DNA of 64,000 bases from an uncultured virus (IMG/VR IMGVR_UViG_3300048889_000033) (IMGVR_UViG_3300048889_000033); one strand, 5' to 3'. Positions 8,653-18,344 are shown, counted from the first letter of the stretch. Notes: generated by a model from the letters alone, not told the origin. Made by a program: numbers and translations.

Positions 8653-9277
8653 AGCTAAAGAGGCATATTATTTCAGTCATGATAGTAATGCCCAAGATGA
8701 CCCAAAATGCATGTTATTAATTGACCAACTTGGCATGGAAGGGTATGGCATATTCTGGGCTTTAATAGAACGATTAAGGAACGAAACGGAGTATAAATTG
8801 CCACTTTTAATCCTCCCGGCACTTGCAAAAAGGTGGTGTACGTCAAAAGAAAAGGTAGAATCTGTGATAAAAAATTACAGCCTTTTTATTTGCGAAAATG
8901 AATTTTTCTTTAGCCCTAGACTGAAAGATTCAATGAATTTAAAATCTGAAAAAGCCAGAATATCAGCTAATTATAGATGGGGAGATGCGAACGCATTGCA
9001 AACGCATAGCGAGCGCAATGCGAATGGTATGCGAAATGATGCTATTAAAGGAAAGGAAAAGAAAATAAAAGAAAAGAAACAGGGAGATTCTTTTTTTAAA
9101 AAAGAAGAAAACCCTTCCAATGACGGCAAGCCTCTGCGAGGAAGGCGAATTGACATCGAAAATGAGGTCGCCTTTTTCCCCGATGGCAGTTATCAAAAGT
9201 TGGGGGCAGATCAACTTTTTATGGCCAAAAAGGGGCAACTCCATCCACAGGATGTTTTCAAAGGAAGTATTTACTAA
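8645..9277 (+). CDS. Replication initiator, DUF4373/Lin1244-like N-terminal domain
   Basis: YYFSHDSNA.DDPK....LGMEGYGIFW.LIE.L, FS.RL, A..RW, internal iteron linker. Confidence 0.85.
   Translation: MAKAKEAYYFSHDSNAQDDPKCMLLIDQLGMEGYGIFWALIERLRNETEYKLPLLILPALAKRWCTSKEKVESVIKNYSLFICENEFFFSPRLKDSMNLKSEKARISANYRWGDANALQTHSERNANGMRNDAIKGKEKKIKEKKQGDSFFKKEENPSNDGKPLRGRRIDIENEVAFFPDGSYQKLGADQLFMAKKGQLHPQDVFKGSIY
8985..9080 (+). repeat. Putative replication origin: 11-bp iterons plus purine/A tract inside the initiator gene
   Basis: ATGCGAACGCA TTGCAAACGCA TAGCGAGCGCA ATGCGAATGGT ATGCGAAATG, then AAAGGAAAGGAAAAGAAAATAAAAGAAAAG. Confidence 0.7.
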
Positions 9278-9286
9278 AAATGTAAT

Positions 9287-11194
9287 ATGTACTACGACAG
9301 GCTTTCCGACTTAGGGATAAAACTTTTCAGGCGAAACGGTAGTGAGAAAACCAAATGCCCCCAGTGTAGTGATTCACGAAAAAACAAAGCAGACAAACCC
9401 CTTTCCGTAAACATAACCACGGGAGAGTACAATTGCCATAATTGTGGCTGGAAGGGAAACGTTCGATCTTTTGACCGGAAACGAGAACAAAAAAAGTATG
9501 AGCGGCCGCCTGCCGATGTTTTGAAAAATATTGAACTGAAAGAAAAAGTAGTTAGTTGGTTTAACAGCCGGTCAATCTCAAAAGAGACGTTGGATAAATT
9601 TATGATTTTTAGTAGAGAAGAATTTATGCCTCAGACGGGCCAAAAAGAAAATTGTATTTGTTTTCCCTATATACGAGAAGGCCAAGCCATCAATGTTAAG
9701 TATCGGGACGCGAAAAAGAATTTTAAGATGGTGAAGGATGCAGAATTAATATTTTACAATCTTTCTTCAATTAGCGATAAGAAGTATTGCATCATTACAG
9801 AAGGCGAAATAGATTGCATGAGCGCCTACGAGGCTGGGTATGGTAGAGAGCACGAAAAAATAATTTTAGAAAAAGATGAAGGAACTGGTGAGGTAACCAA
9901 AGAAGAGGAACACCCGTTATCGAAATGGGGCGTTATATCAGTACCAAATGGGGCAAGCAAAGGGAACCAAAAATTAGATTATCTGGATAGTTGCTCAGAT
10001 TGGTTAATGGGCCTGCATGAGATTGTAATTGCCACAGATAACGATACAGCCGGGGTAGCCCTTAAAGATGAACTTATCCGTAGGTTGGGGATTGAACGTT
10101 GTAAGGTCATTAACTATCCCTTAGAAGAGGTTGTACCGATTGAGAACGGAATGAAACGCAGGTGTAAGGACTTCAATGAAATTTTGATGTATTTGGGTAA
10201 AGATGTAATCGTAAACTGTGTGGAAAATTCAGAGTTCTTACCGGTAGATGGGATTTATTATTTGGAAGACATATTTGAATCCATGTTGGAGAACTTTAGA
10301 AAAGGAGTTCAATTAGCACCAACCACTCGTTTTGGGGAAATGGATGAATTTTTTAGGTGGAAGAAAGGAGATATAAATCTTTTCGTGGGTTATGGGAATC
10401 ACGGCAAGAGTTTTTTTGTTATTCAACTTATGCTTACAAAAAGTATTTACGATGGGTGGAAATGGGCAATATTCTCTCCTGAAAACTTTCCCGCCAATGA
10501 TTTTTATGACGATATAGTAGAAATGTACGTAGGAAAGTGGATAGACCACATGACAGAAGAAGAATATGTAAATGCTTGCTGGTTTATTGATAAACATATC
10601 TTTTACGTATACCCCGAAGACGAACACGATATAAATTCAATCAATGAAAAGTTTAGGCATCTTGTTTTGAAAAAGGGCGTTGATGGAGTAATGGTTGATC
10701 CGTTTAATCAGTTAGACCATTTGCAGAAACCATATCAGCGAGAAGACCAATATCTTTCTGAAACCTTAAAGGATGTAAAACGGTTTGCCTTACTAAACGG
10801 AATTTCTTACAATATCGTGGCGCACCCAAAGAACCCAACTTATAATCAAGATAGATCGCTACCCGTAGTTGATATGTACGATGTTGCAGGTGGGGCGATG
10901 TGGGGAAATAAAGTTGACCAAATTGTATCATATTACCGGCCCAACTATCATGTCGATAAAAATAGCCCTGAAGTGCAGGTGTATATCCAAAAATTAAAAA
11001 GAAAACGTACGGGTGGTAAATGCGGTGATTTCCCACTTAGATTGGTTTGGAGTAAAAAGCGCTATGCCAATGGGAGGGATGAGATGCCATGTGACCCGGA
11101 AATGGCTAAAATAATTTTAAAGCGAGAAAAAGAGAATTATACTCAACCATCCCTTAGCGAGGGCTGGAATGCGCTAGATACTGAATCATTCTAA
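9287..11194 (+). CDS. Bifunctional primase-helicase (T7 gp4/Twinkle type)
   Basis: CPQC..CHNC Zn finger, TOPRIM EGEID and DND, KD.NE, Walker A GYGNHGKS, VDPFN, VAHP. Confidence 0.95.
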   Translation: MYYDRLSDLGIKLFRRNGSEKTKCPQCSDSRKNKADKPLSVNITTGEYNCHNCGWKGNVRSFDRKREQKKYERPPADVLKNIELKEKVVSWFNSRSISKETLDKFMIFSREEFMPQTGQKENCICFPYIREGQAINVKYRDAKKNFKMVKDAELIFYNLSSISDKKYCIITEGEIDCMSAYEAGYGREHEKIILEKDEGTGEVTKEEEHPLSKWGVISVPNGASKGNQKLDYLDSCSDWLMGLHEIVIATDNDTAGVALKDELIRRLGIERCKVINYPLEEVVPIENGMKRRCKDFNEILMYLGKDVIVNCVENSEFLPVDGIYYLEDIFESMLENFRKGVQLAPTTRFGEMDEFFRWKKGDINLFVGYGNHGKSFFVIQLMLTKSIYDGWKWAIFSPENFPANDFYDDIVEMYVGKWIDHMTEEEYVNACWFIDKHIFYVYPEDEHDINSINEKFRHLVLKKGVDGVMVDPFNQLDHLQKPYQREDQYLSETLKDVKRFALLNGISYNIVAHPKNPTYNQDRSLPVVDMYDVAGGAMWGNKVDQIVSYYRPNYHVDKNSPEVQVYIQKLKRKRTGGKCGDFPLRLVWSKKRYANGRDEMPCDPEMAKIILKREKENYTQPSLSEGWNALDTESF

Positions 11195-11205
11195 AATATA
11201 AATTT

Positions 11206-11733
11206 ATGCTTAGAACAGTCCACAATTTCAGTCCCGAACAAGAGTTCATTAGTGAACTCAATAGCTACTTGGAATACCCATTGGGTAAGCATGGAGAAAA
11301 TAAAGTAAAACAAATGTTATTGGAATACAGAACTAAGAATCCTTTTCTAAAAATAATACATCAAACAGACCCAAAGCTAGTAGCCCAGATATTGGATAGA
11401 CCAAAGAACCCAAAGAAAATTATAAAACCCGAAGATATAATCCGAATAGTTTCTGAGTACGTTAACATAGCCGCTGATAAATTTGTTCATGTTAAATGCA
11501 GGGCAATCGAATTAGTATATGCCAGATACTTATGCATGTTTTTTTGCAGGAGATATTCTAAGTTGTCTTTTAAACAGATTGGTCAAAGGATAGGAGGCAA
11601 GGATCATACAACCGTTATCTACGGATGTATTTCACTAAAAGAACTCATTGAAACAGACGAAAAGGTTAAAGACGACGTAGAAAACATCAACGCAAAGATT
11701 GTAGAATTTAGGACTAAGCTCAATAACAATTAA
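11206..11733 (+). CDS. Protein with a DnaA C-terminal HTH domain
   Basis: ARYLCMFFCR.YSKLSFKQIGQRIGGKDHTTVIYG; no AAA+ domain. Confidence 0.88.
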   Translation: MLRTVHNFSPEQEFISELNSYLEYPLGKHGENKVKQMLLEYRTKNPFLKIIHQTDPKLVAQILDRPKNPKKIIKPEDIIRIVSEYVNIAADKFVHVKCRAIELVYARYLCMFFCRRYSKLSFKQIGQRIGGKDHTTVIYGCISLKELIETDEKVKDDVENINAKIVEFRTKLNNN

Positions 11734-11740
11734 AACTTTT

Positions 11741-11893
11741 ATGAATAACCCTCTCCTTAAACTTTACACCTATTACTGCTTTTATTGGCAAGCCTATACC
11801 CCAATAAAACCAAAATACGGGAACTACTATAGTAGGGGATGGATTAACAGACGGAGAAAGTTTCTAAAAAAATATTTGGATAATTCAGAATAG
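11741..11893 (+). CDS. Hypothetical small protein
   Basis: Manual 50-aa ORF MNNPLLKLYTYYCFYWQ... Confidence 0.4.
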   Translation: MNNPLLKLYTYYCFYWQAYTPIKPKYGNYYSRGWINRRRKFLKKYLDNSE

Positions 11894-11906
11894 CCGTTTA
11901 CCTTAG
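11867..11906 (+). promoter_or_regulatory. Bacteroidota-type promoter
   Basis: TTTG(11875)-N20-TACCTTAG(11899). Confidence 0.65.
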
Positions 11907-12044
11907 TTCTGTTGTTAAAGTTGTCTACAATGAAAATTACAAAAACAAACAAACTATAATTTTTTGCAGGTGGTGGTTAATTCTCCTTCCTTCGGGTAGC
12001 AGCTTTAAACAACGCCCACCGCCTGCAAAACAAAATCATCCACA

Positions 12045-12290
12045 ATGCAAGATTCACAAGCTGCGCAAGAACTAACATTCGGTATGAAGGCCGTAGGCAT
12101 CACATTCAACCCCGGCGGCCATGAAAAGGTAAATGCTATCAAGCAGAAGTTTGCCGAAGCGATCGATCTTCTCAACCAGTATCGCAACGAAACAGAAAAC
12201 GGCGAAGTCAAGCGCCAACTAAGTGTAGCAATTACGGAATCCCAAACGGCACAAATGTGGGGCGTAAAGGCAGTTACTTGGCAATACTAG
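12045..12290 (+). CDS. Acb2/Tad1-like helical-hairpin protein (candidate cyclic-nucleotide sponge)
   Basis: VG.TFNPGG...V..IKQKFAE.ID...R.LSVAITE.QTAQMWGVKAVT pattern. Confidence 0.65.
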   Translation: MQDSQAAQELTFGMKAVGITFNPGGHEKVNAIKQKFAEAIDLLNQYRNETENGEVKRQLSVAITESQTAQMWGVKAVTWQY

Positions 12291-12291
12291 G

Positions 12292-13095
12292 ATGAAGATA
12301 AGTGCTTCAAATACTGCCATTGGGTTACTTGACCATTGCGATCCTCTTTCGTTTCGCATGTGCGAAGATTCGGAGCATACATCGCAAGAGTATAAAACTC
12401 AGGTAGGATTAAGCGTGGTGCGGGAATGGCCGAAAGTTGTGGATCACTTCAAACAAAAAGTACAATACATAAGCGACCCCTTTTATCAGGCATATAATCG
12501 CGGCGTTTCAAAATTAGCTTCTGTAATTGATGCCGAAGATGTTAACGAAAGCGGCACGTTTATAACGAGATCAAGCCCTAGCGAAACGAATACGATATTT
12601 TATCACCTTATAAGCGAAGGGAAAGGCTCTGATTTTAGGTTGACTTCGGTAATATTCTTTTTTACAAAGCATACTTCAAAAGACAAGCCGGCATTGGCCA
12701 TCATTGTCCAAAGAAACAACAAAGGGTTTAAGGAATATTTATCCGATGTGGCCGCAAAAAATAATTGCACCGGCATGAGCGTAATCGCTGATATTTTTAG
12801 TTTGGTTTTATTCATGAAGTATTGCGAAGTCCAAACCAAGACTATCAATGCGGGTAAAAAGGATACGCATGTTGGAACAAAGTACGTCAACGAATCACTA
12901 CACAATATCGAAGTGTTAGACAGCACATGGTTCACAACAATAGTACGTAGTGAAGGATTTGGAGTAAGGGGGCATTTCAGGATGCAGCCCTACGGAACCG
13001 GCGATAAGAAGTTGATTTGGATTTCGGACTATGAAAAATCGGGCTATACCAGAAAGGCAAAAATTTTAACTCACTTAGAAAGTACACAATCATGA
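12292..13095 (+). CDS. Hypothetical phage protein
   Basis: 267 aa with C-terminal VRGHFRMQPYG...LIWI motif common in phage proteins. Confidence 0.75.
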   Translation: MKISASNTAIGLLDHCDPLSFRMCEDSEHTSQEYKTQVGLSVVREWPKVVDHFKQKVQYISDPFYQAYNRGVSKLASVIDAEDVNESGTFITRSSPSETNTIFYHLISEGKGSDFRLTSVIFFFTKHTSKDKPALAIIVQRNNKGFKEYLSDVAAKNNCTGMSVIADIFSLVLFMKYCEVQTKTINAGKKDTHVGTKYVNESLHNIEVLDSTWFTTIVRSEGFGVRGHFRMQPYGTGDKKLIWISDYEKSGYTRKAKILTHLESTQS

Positions 13096-13313
13096 CAAGA
13101 GATCACGAATTACTAAAACAGGCGGTATCGGAAATACGTTTGTTAAGAACTGAAAACCGGCACATGGCTGCAAGGTTGGATATGTTTGACAAATGTTTTC
13201 TGTTATTCAACAGTGCGCCTGCCTATCAAGGTCAAGTGATGGCTCCCGACTTAACATGGGAAATTGAAAAGCATATTGAACAAATCGCACAGCCTGAAGG
13301 AAATCAAAGTTAA
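13092..13313 (+). CDS. Hypothetical protein
   Basis: 73 aa, ATGA-coupled. Confidence 0.7.
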   Translation: MTRDHELLKQAVSEIRLLRTENRHMAARLDMFDKCFLLFNSAPAYQGQVMAPDLTWEIEKHIEQIAQPEGNQS

Positions 13314-13366
13314 ACTAACTATCACACACAAGCGATCAAGTACTGGAAAGACTAAAAACACTATAA

Positions 13367-14326
13367 ATGAAGTCAGTTCTCCATATAGGCTTGAAAAGTT
13401 CTACGTATTCTCCCGAAGGAATGGAAAAAGGATTTCGTGCAGCAGGGTTTACTGAATATACGTTCTTTGATTGGCAGGCGGTAAGGCTTGATAGTGGCAT
13501 ATTAGGATGTCAGTCACGTATGATCGGAGCCGCAATGCAATTGGAGCCAGATTTAATTTTTTGTCACATACAGAACCCAAGTGGCCCCCTTGACGAGGAA
13601 ACGGCCATTGAACTATCAAAACATGGCTTCGTAGTAAATTATTCTTTTGATTGCCGCGTACAAACAGAAATGCAATGGATGTACGACTTAGCCCCTCATA
13701 TAGGACTAACCTTGTTCTCCTGCGAAGAAGATGCGGCAAACTGTAAGGACGGGGCAGTGGCCGTACTCCAAAGCTCTTGTGACATGGATTGGTACAAACG
13801 TCTTCCGATGGAAAGAACTAATGATGTGGTCTTCATCGGAGGAAATTATGTCCCAACCAACTTGGTTTTTCCGATGGCGCAACATCGCTCCGAAATGGTC
13901 AAATTTCTCAAAGCAGAAATTCCTACCTTCAAAGAATACGGTATGAATTGGGAAGTAAGCCAATATATAAATCCTCAACAAGAAACACTACTCTACAATC
14001 AAGCTGCAATAGCCATAAACCAAAACAATTTTTTAAGGGAAGGATATACCAGCGATAGAATTTGGCGGGCGATGTCCTGCGGTATTTTCGTTATTACCTC
14101 TTACTTCCCCGGGATAGAAAAAATATTCGGTAAGTGTGGTGAGCATTTAAGTTGGTTTAAAAACTTTGATGAATTGAAAAAGAAAATAGAATTTTACCTT
14201 AAATATGCTGAATTGAGGGAAGAAATAGCCGCTAGGGGATCGGCATTCGTTCGGGAAAATCATTCGTGGAAAAATCGTTTTGAGGAGATGAAGGGTCTTA
14301 TCAGCAAACAAAAAGAATTAGCATGA
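13367..14326 (+). CDS. GT-B glycosyltransferase (CgeB/Glyco_trans_1_2-like)
   Basis: DVVFIG, SDRIWRAMSCG.FVIT, ELKKKIEFYL..R.EIA..G....HSW..R. Confidence 0.88.
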   Translation: MKSVLHIGLKSSTYSPEGMEKGFRAAGFTEYTFFDWQAVRLDSGILGCQSRMIGAAMQLEPDLIFCHIQNPSGPLDEETAIELSKHGFVVNYSFDCRVQTEMQWMYDLAPHIGLTLFSCEEDAANCKDGAVAVLQSSCDMDWYKRLPMERTNDVVFIGGNYVPTNLVFPMAQHRSEMVKFLKAEIPTFKEYGMNWEVSQYINPQQETLLYNQAAIAINQNNFLREGYTSDRIWRAMSCGIFVITSYFPGIEKIFGKCGEHLSWFKNFDELKKKIEFYLKYAELREEIAARGSAFVRENHSWKNRFEEMKGLISKQKELA

Positions 14327-14523
14327 CCGAAGACGATCAACATTGTAGAATAGCCCATAAGGTTGGGGAAATCATCCCCTCGTTAAATAACGTTGAACTT
14401 GATGGACGAACCTGCAACTGTGGGAAATTAGAGTTCTATGCTGAAATGTGCGCTTGTCCTCACAATCCCCATTTGGAACTGAAGTCACGCCCAAACCCCA
14501 AATATAATTTTAGTCAGCAATGA
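14323..14523 (+). CDS. Small Cys/His-rich protein
   Basis: 66 aa with CNCG and CAC; ATGA-coupled on both sides. Confidence 0.65.
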   Translation: MTEDDQHCRIAHKVGEIIPSLNNVELDGRTCNCGKLEFYAEMCACPHNPHLELKSRPNPKYNFSQQ

Positions 14524-15197
14524 AAATTCTTTGGAAATTTGCTTCTCGTAGTCGGCCTGCCAAACTGTTTAGTTGTTTAGACAACATACAGAAGATGTCA
14601 AAACACGATGACTATGAAATACTTCTTACCCTTGATACCGACGACGAAACTTGCACTAATGACCAATTCAAACAAAGACTTTCATTCTACGATAAAGTAA
14701 CTCCTATTTGGGGCGATAGTGAAGGAAGTAAGGTGATCGCCATAAATAGAGATATTAACCTAGTAAGCGAATTTGATATTTTGGTTTGTTTTAGTGATGA
14801 CTTCGTGATTGTGAAGGAAGGTGCTGACTTAGAAATACTCAGTCATTACGAAAATGGATTTTCCGGGCTATTACATGTGCCCGATGGCGTGGCAAATTCT
14901 AGGTTATGCACTTTACCAATTATGGATAAAGCGTACTATGATATTTTCAAATACATTTATAATCCGATCTATAAAAGCGTTTTTTGTGATAACCACCAGC
15001 ACGAATTGGCGATACTCTTAGGCCGGTATAAATATGTCCCTGTAGATTTGGTAAGGCATTACCATCCAGCCTATGGACATGCCCCAAACGACGATCTATA
15101 CCGTCGGAACGAACATCCGGCACTTTACACAAAGGATAATGAAACATACCGGATTCAAAAAGAAAATCAGTTTTTTTATAAAGATTTCTTATCTTAG
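14520..15197 (+). CDS. GT-A fold glycosyltransferase (family 2-like)
   Basis: KFASRSRP, K..AIN, DILVCFSDD, Y.SVFCD, H.HP. Confidence 0.85.
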   Translation: MKILWKFASRSRPAKLFSCLDNIQKMSKHDDYEILLTLDTDDETCTNDQFKQRLSFYDKVTPIWGDSEGSKVIAINRDINLVSEFDILVCFSDDFVIVKEGADLEILSHYENGFSGLLHVPDGVANSRLCTLPIMDKAYYDIFKYIYNPIYKSVFCDNHQHELAILLGRYKYVPVDLVRHYHPAYGHAPNDDLYRRNEHPALYTKDNETYRIQKENQFFYKDFLS

Positions 15198-15313
15198 CTC
15201 TGCGTATCACAGAATAGCATGCTAAAATCATTTTTAAATAAAAGCTCGGATATAGTTGCACCTTCGCTTCATGCTATTGGTGATACGCCTTCTATGTTCG
15301 GGCGTTTATTTTT

Positions 15314-15940
15314 ATGGGCAAGAAAAAAGATTTAACTGGTAATAGGTTTGGTAGATTATTGGTCATTAAAGAGGTTGGACAGGACAAATATTATTATTTT
15401 GTTTGGGAGTGTTTGTGTGATTGTGGGAACTATACTAGAACTACAAGTAAGAGGCTAATAAATGGTGACACTAAATCTTGTGGTTGCCTAAATTTAGAGG
15501 CCATAAAAAAATCGAATACAACACACGGTAAAAAAAACACATCAGAATATAGGTCTTGGTGTGGGATGAAAGCGCGGTGTTATAATATTAATAATCATAA
15601 ATATTATAGATACGGAGCTAGGGGAATTACGGTCTGTGAAAGATGGTTAAAATCTTTTGAGAACTTCTTTGAGGATATGGGAGAAAAGCCAGAAAAGAGA
15701 TTAACAGTAGACCGGATTGATAATGATTTAGGTTATTTTAAAGAAAATTGTAGATGGGGCACCCCAAGGCAACAGAGTGGGAATAGAAGTACAAATCACT
15801 GGTTAGAATATAAAGGGAGGAAAATGATTTTAGAAGATTGGGCAAGAGAATTAGGGACAGATAAATCGGGAATAAGATTTCATCTAAGTAGGGGTCGTTC
15901 GTTTGAGGAAGTGTATAACTACTTTAAAAGTATAAAATAA
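15314..15940 (+). CDS. Free-standing HNH-type homing endonuclease
   Basis: DLTG.RFGRL, W.C.CDCG, SCGC, W..MK.RC, YG.RGI.VC.RW, DRIDND.GY..NCRW; AT-richer than its flanks. Confidence 0.9.
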   Translation: MGKKKDLTGNRFGRLLVIKEVGQDKYYYFVWECLCDCGNYTRTTSKRLINGDTKSCGCLNLEAIKKSNTTHGKKNTSEYRSWCGMKARCYNINNHKYYRYGARGITVCERWLKSFENFFEDMGEKPEKRLTVDRIDNDLGYFKENCRWGTPRQQSGNRSTNHWLEYKGRKMILEDWARELGTDKSGIRFHLSRGRSFEEVYNYFKSIK

Positions 15941-16525
15941 ATGTCTGAGATAATCCTTTCTATATTGATACCTTCTACCTTTGACAGGGAAAAACAGTTC
16001 AACGAATTAGTAACTGAACTACGTCGTCAAATAATGGCCGGAGGATATGAAGATAGTGTGGAAATACTTTCATTCATAGATGGTAAAGAAACCCCAACAG
16101 GAACAAAGCGTAATGACCTTTACCAAAGAGCTAAAGGCAGACTATCGGTATCCATAGATTCGGATGACAAGATTGAACCTTCGTATATAGAAAGCATTAT
16201 GACCGCAGCAGAACAAGACCCCGACGCAATAGGTATGTGCGGTTGGATGACAACAAACGGTGCCAACCGCGTGGATTGGTTTATCTCAAAGGATAACGAG
16301 TACAAAGCCATCAAAGACGAAAATGGAAAAGAAGTGTACGTCAGGTGGAACAATCATATCTCACCAATTCGTACAAGCATAGCACAGCAGTTTAAATTTC
16401 CAGATGTCTATAGCGGCGAGGATTATATTTGGAGCAGACAAATACACGATTCTGGCGTTATCAAAACAGAAGTAAAAATTCATACCCCACTCTATCATTA
16501 CGATTATAAAACCGTTGGCAAATGA
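15941..16525 (+). CDS. Glycosyltransferase family 2
   Basis: LSILIPS, G.KRN, IDSDD, GED..W, LYHY.Y. Confidence 0.88.
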   Translation: MSEIILSILIPSTFDREKQFNELVTELRRQIMAGGYEDSVEILSFIDGKETPTGTKRNDLYQRAKGRLSVSIDSDDKIEPSYIESIMTAAEQDPDAIGMCGWMTTNGANRVDWFISKDNEYKAIKDENGKEVYVRWNNHISPIRTSIAQQFKFPDVYSGEDYIWSRQIHDSGVIKTEVKIHTPLYHYDYKTVGK

Positions 16526-17139
16526 TAAACTACTCTCAAAATTCAGAACAGCAATATATCCTTAACCATTTTTATGGTTTCACAGGAACATTTTTAGATA
16601 TAGGTGCGAACGATGGAATTACCCTTAGTAATTCTTATGCTTTGGTTCCGCTAGGATGGGCGGGTTATCTTGTCGAGGCTTCTCCTACTGCGTACGAAAG
16701 GCTTTTAAAAACACACACTGGCAGTAATAGAATGTCAATGTATAATCTTGCTGTGGGGAGCTATGACGGCGAAATAACCCTTCATGAATCGGGGGAGTTA
16801 TTGGGCACCGGGGATATTGCTTTAGTGTCTTCCACCAAAGACGAAGAACTAAAACGGTGGGAAAGCCTCAATATGCCATTTAAGCCCGTTATTGTCCCAT
16901 GTGTTACCTTTGAAACACTTCTTAAAACAATGGGGCAAAGACATTTCGATTTTGTAACAATAGATATTGAGGGTATGGAAAAAGAAGTCGTTCCGCAAAT
17001 TGACTTCAATGCATTAGGGACAAAAATGGCCATAATTGAATTTAATGGTAAGGATGAATGGTTTTATAATAATATCATGACATCATTTGGATTTTCACTA
17101 ACCCACAAAAATGCAGAAAACCTAATATTCACACGATGA
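16522..17139 (+). CDS. FkbM-family methyltransferase
   Basis: YSQN.E, FLDIGANDG..SNS, VEASP, IDIEG. Confidence 0.92.
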   Translation: MINYSQNSEQQYILNHFYGFTGTFLDIGANDGITLSNSYALVPLGWAGYLVEASPTAYERLLKTHTGSNRMSMYNLAVGSYDGEITLHESGELLGTGDIALVSSTKDEELKRWESLNMPFKPVIVPCVTFETLLKTMGQRHFDFVTIDIEGMEKEVVPQIDFNALGTKMAIIEFNGKDEWFYNNIMTSFGFSLTHKNAENLIFTR

Positions 17140-17876
17140 GTAAAAAGTGTATAGTAAGTTTTGCCAGTCATGCCCGGGAGAATTATAACAAATTCCTTTT
17201 GGGTCTTATCCGATCTTGCCATAACGCAGGATGGCGGCGGGAAGGTGGAGAATACTATATACGTAGCTTCGACGGGTATATAGACGAATATTTGGGAGTT
17301 CCTATAATCAACGGCTCCTATCCTATAACAGACCGTTATGGATTGTGTTACAACCATGACGAGGTTCCGTGGGGATTCAAGCCGCATTTAATTTTAGAGG
17401 CAGCAGAAAAGGGATACGAACAGATTATTTGGTGTGACAGTAAAGTTAGGATGGTTCAATATCCCGAACCACTACTTCAATTAGCAAAAGAACGCGGGGT
17501 AGTGGCCTTTGATAATTTAGGGCACCCACTGAAATATTGGCTTTCAGATTTGGCACAGCAACGGTTGTTTATATCGGATAAAGAATTAGAGGATATGAAA
17601 CAGATAATGGGCTGCATGATTATATTTGACCTCAACAATCCGATGGGAGAAAAGGTTTTGAGTAGGTGGTTAGAAGCCAGCAGAGACGGAGTAAGTTTCC
17701 AAAACTATGGAAGCCGGCGAGAGGGTTTCAAGGCATCCCGCAATGATCAGGCTTGTTTATCCGGTATAATGAATGTATTGGGTATTCCTATCGAACCGTA
17801 TGGAGGTCTTTGCTATCCACCATTTGACACCACAAAAGAGTTTGGCGAACCATATTTTGTAAATAGCGGAGTTTAA
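17136..17876 (+). CDS. GT-A-like nucleotide-sugar transferase (DUF1647-like)
   Basis: PWGFKP, GY.QIIWCDS, RNDQACLS. Confidence 0.65.
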   Translation: MSKKCIVSFASHARENYNKFLLGLIRSCHNAGWRREGGEYYIRSFDGYIDEYLGVPIINGSYPITDRYGLCYNHDEVPWGFKPHLILEAAEKGYEQIIWCDSKVRMVQYPEPLLQLAKERGVVAFDNLGHPLKYWLSDLAQQRLFISDKELEDMKQIMGCMIIFDLNNPMGEKVLSRWLEASRDGVSFQNYGSRREGFKASRNDQACLSGIMNVLGIPIEPYGGLCYPPFDTTKEFGEPYFVNSGV

Positions 17877-17878
17877 TA

Positions 17879-18340
17879 ATGCAATACTATCCCATAGTAA
17901 AGAAGTGGTCTAAGATAAAACCCCACATAAAAGATGACAAGGTTCAGGAAATCCTAGTAAGGGATTTTAACAAGTATACGTTTGGAAGATGGGGTAAGCG
18001 ATTTGAAAAAGGAATGTACCCAAGATATTTTGAAAGCTGTGATTGGGATATGCTTAAACGGGGCCGCCGACCTGAATTTTGGAAATACGTTAAACATGCC
18101 GCTTGTCATTGGCTAGTTAATTTTAATTTAGAGTTGGCCAAATTAGTGGAGCCACAAAGGGAATGGCGAATACTAACAAGCGATAAACACTCTACGGTAT
18201 GGGACGGAAAAGACACGCTATTTGATTTTAACTTTACCGCGTTGGAGGTTGATCCTAATGAGGCCTTCGAGATGGCTAATAAAAAGCAGCTAAAGCCGGG
18301 GCAAAGGATGCGTGTGTATTGTACATTCAGAGTAATATAA
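17879..18340 (+). CDS. Hypothetical protein
   Basis: 153-aa ORF; ACHW..HSTVWD..FD may be a Cys-His-Asp set (weak). Confidence 0.7.
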   Translation: MQYYPIVKKWSKIKPHIKDDKVQEILVRDFNKYTFGRWGKRFEKGMYPRYFESCDWDMLKRGRRPEFWKYVKHAACHWLVNFNLELAKLVEPQREWRILTSDKHSTVWDGKDTLFDFNFTALEVDPNEAFEMANKKQLKPGQRMRVYCTFRVI

Positions 18341-18344
18341 TAAA

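Noticed and set aside
11206..11733. Chromosomal dnaA/oriC
   Set aside because: Only domain IV is present, with no AAA+ domain and no cluster of TTATCCACA boxes seen
15198..15940. Group I intron splitting one glycosyltransferase gene
   Set aside because: Both flanking GT ORFs look complete with their own N-terminal motifs, and there is no room for an intron core 3' of the endonuclease
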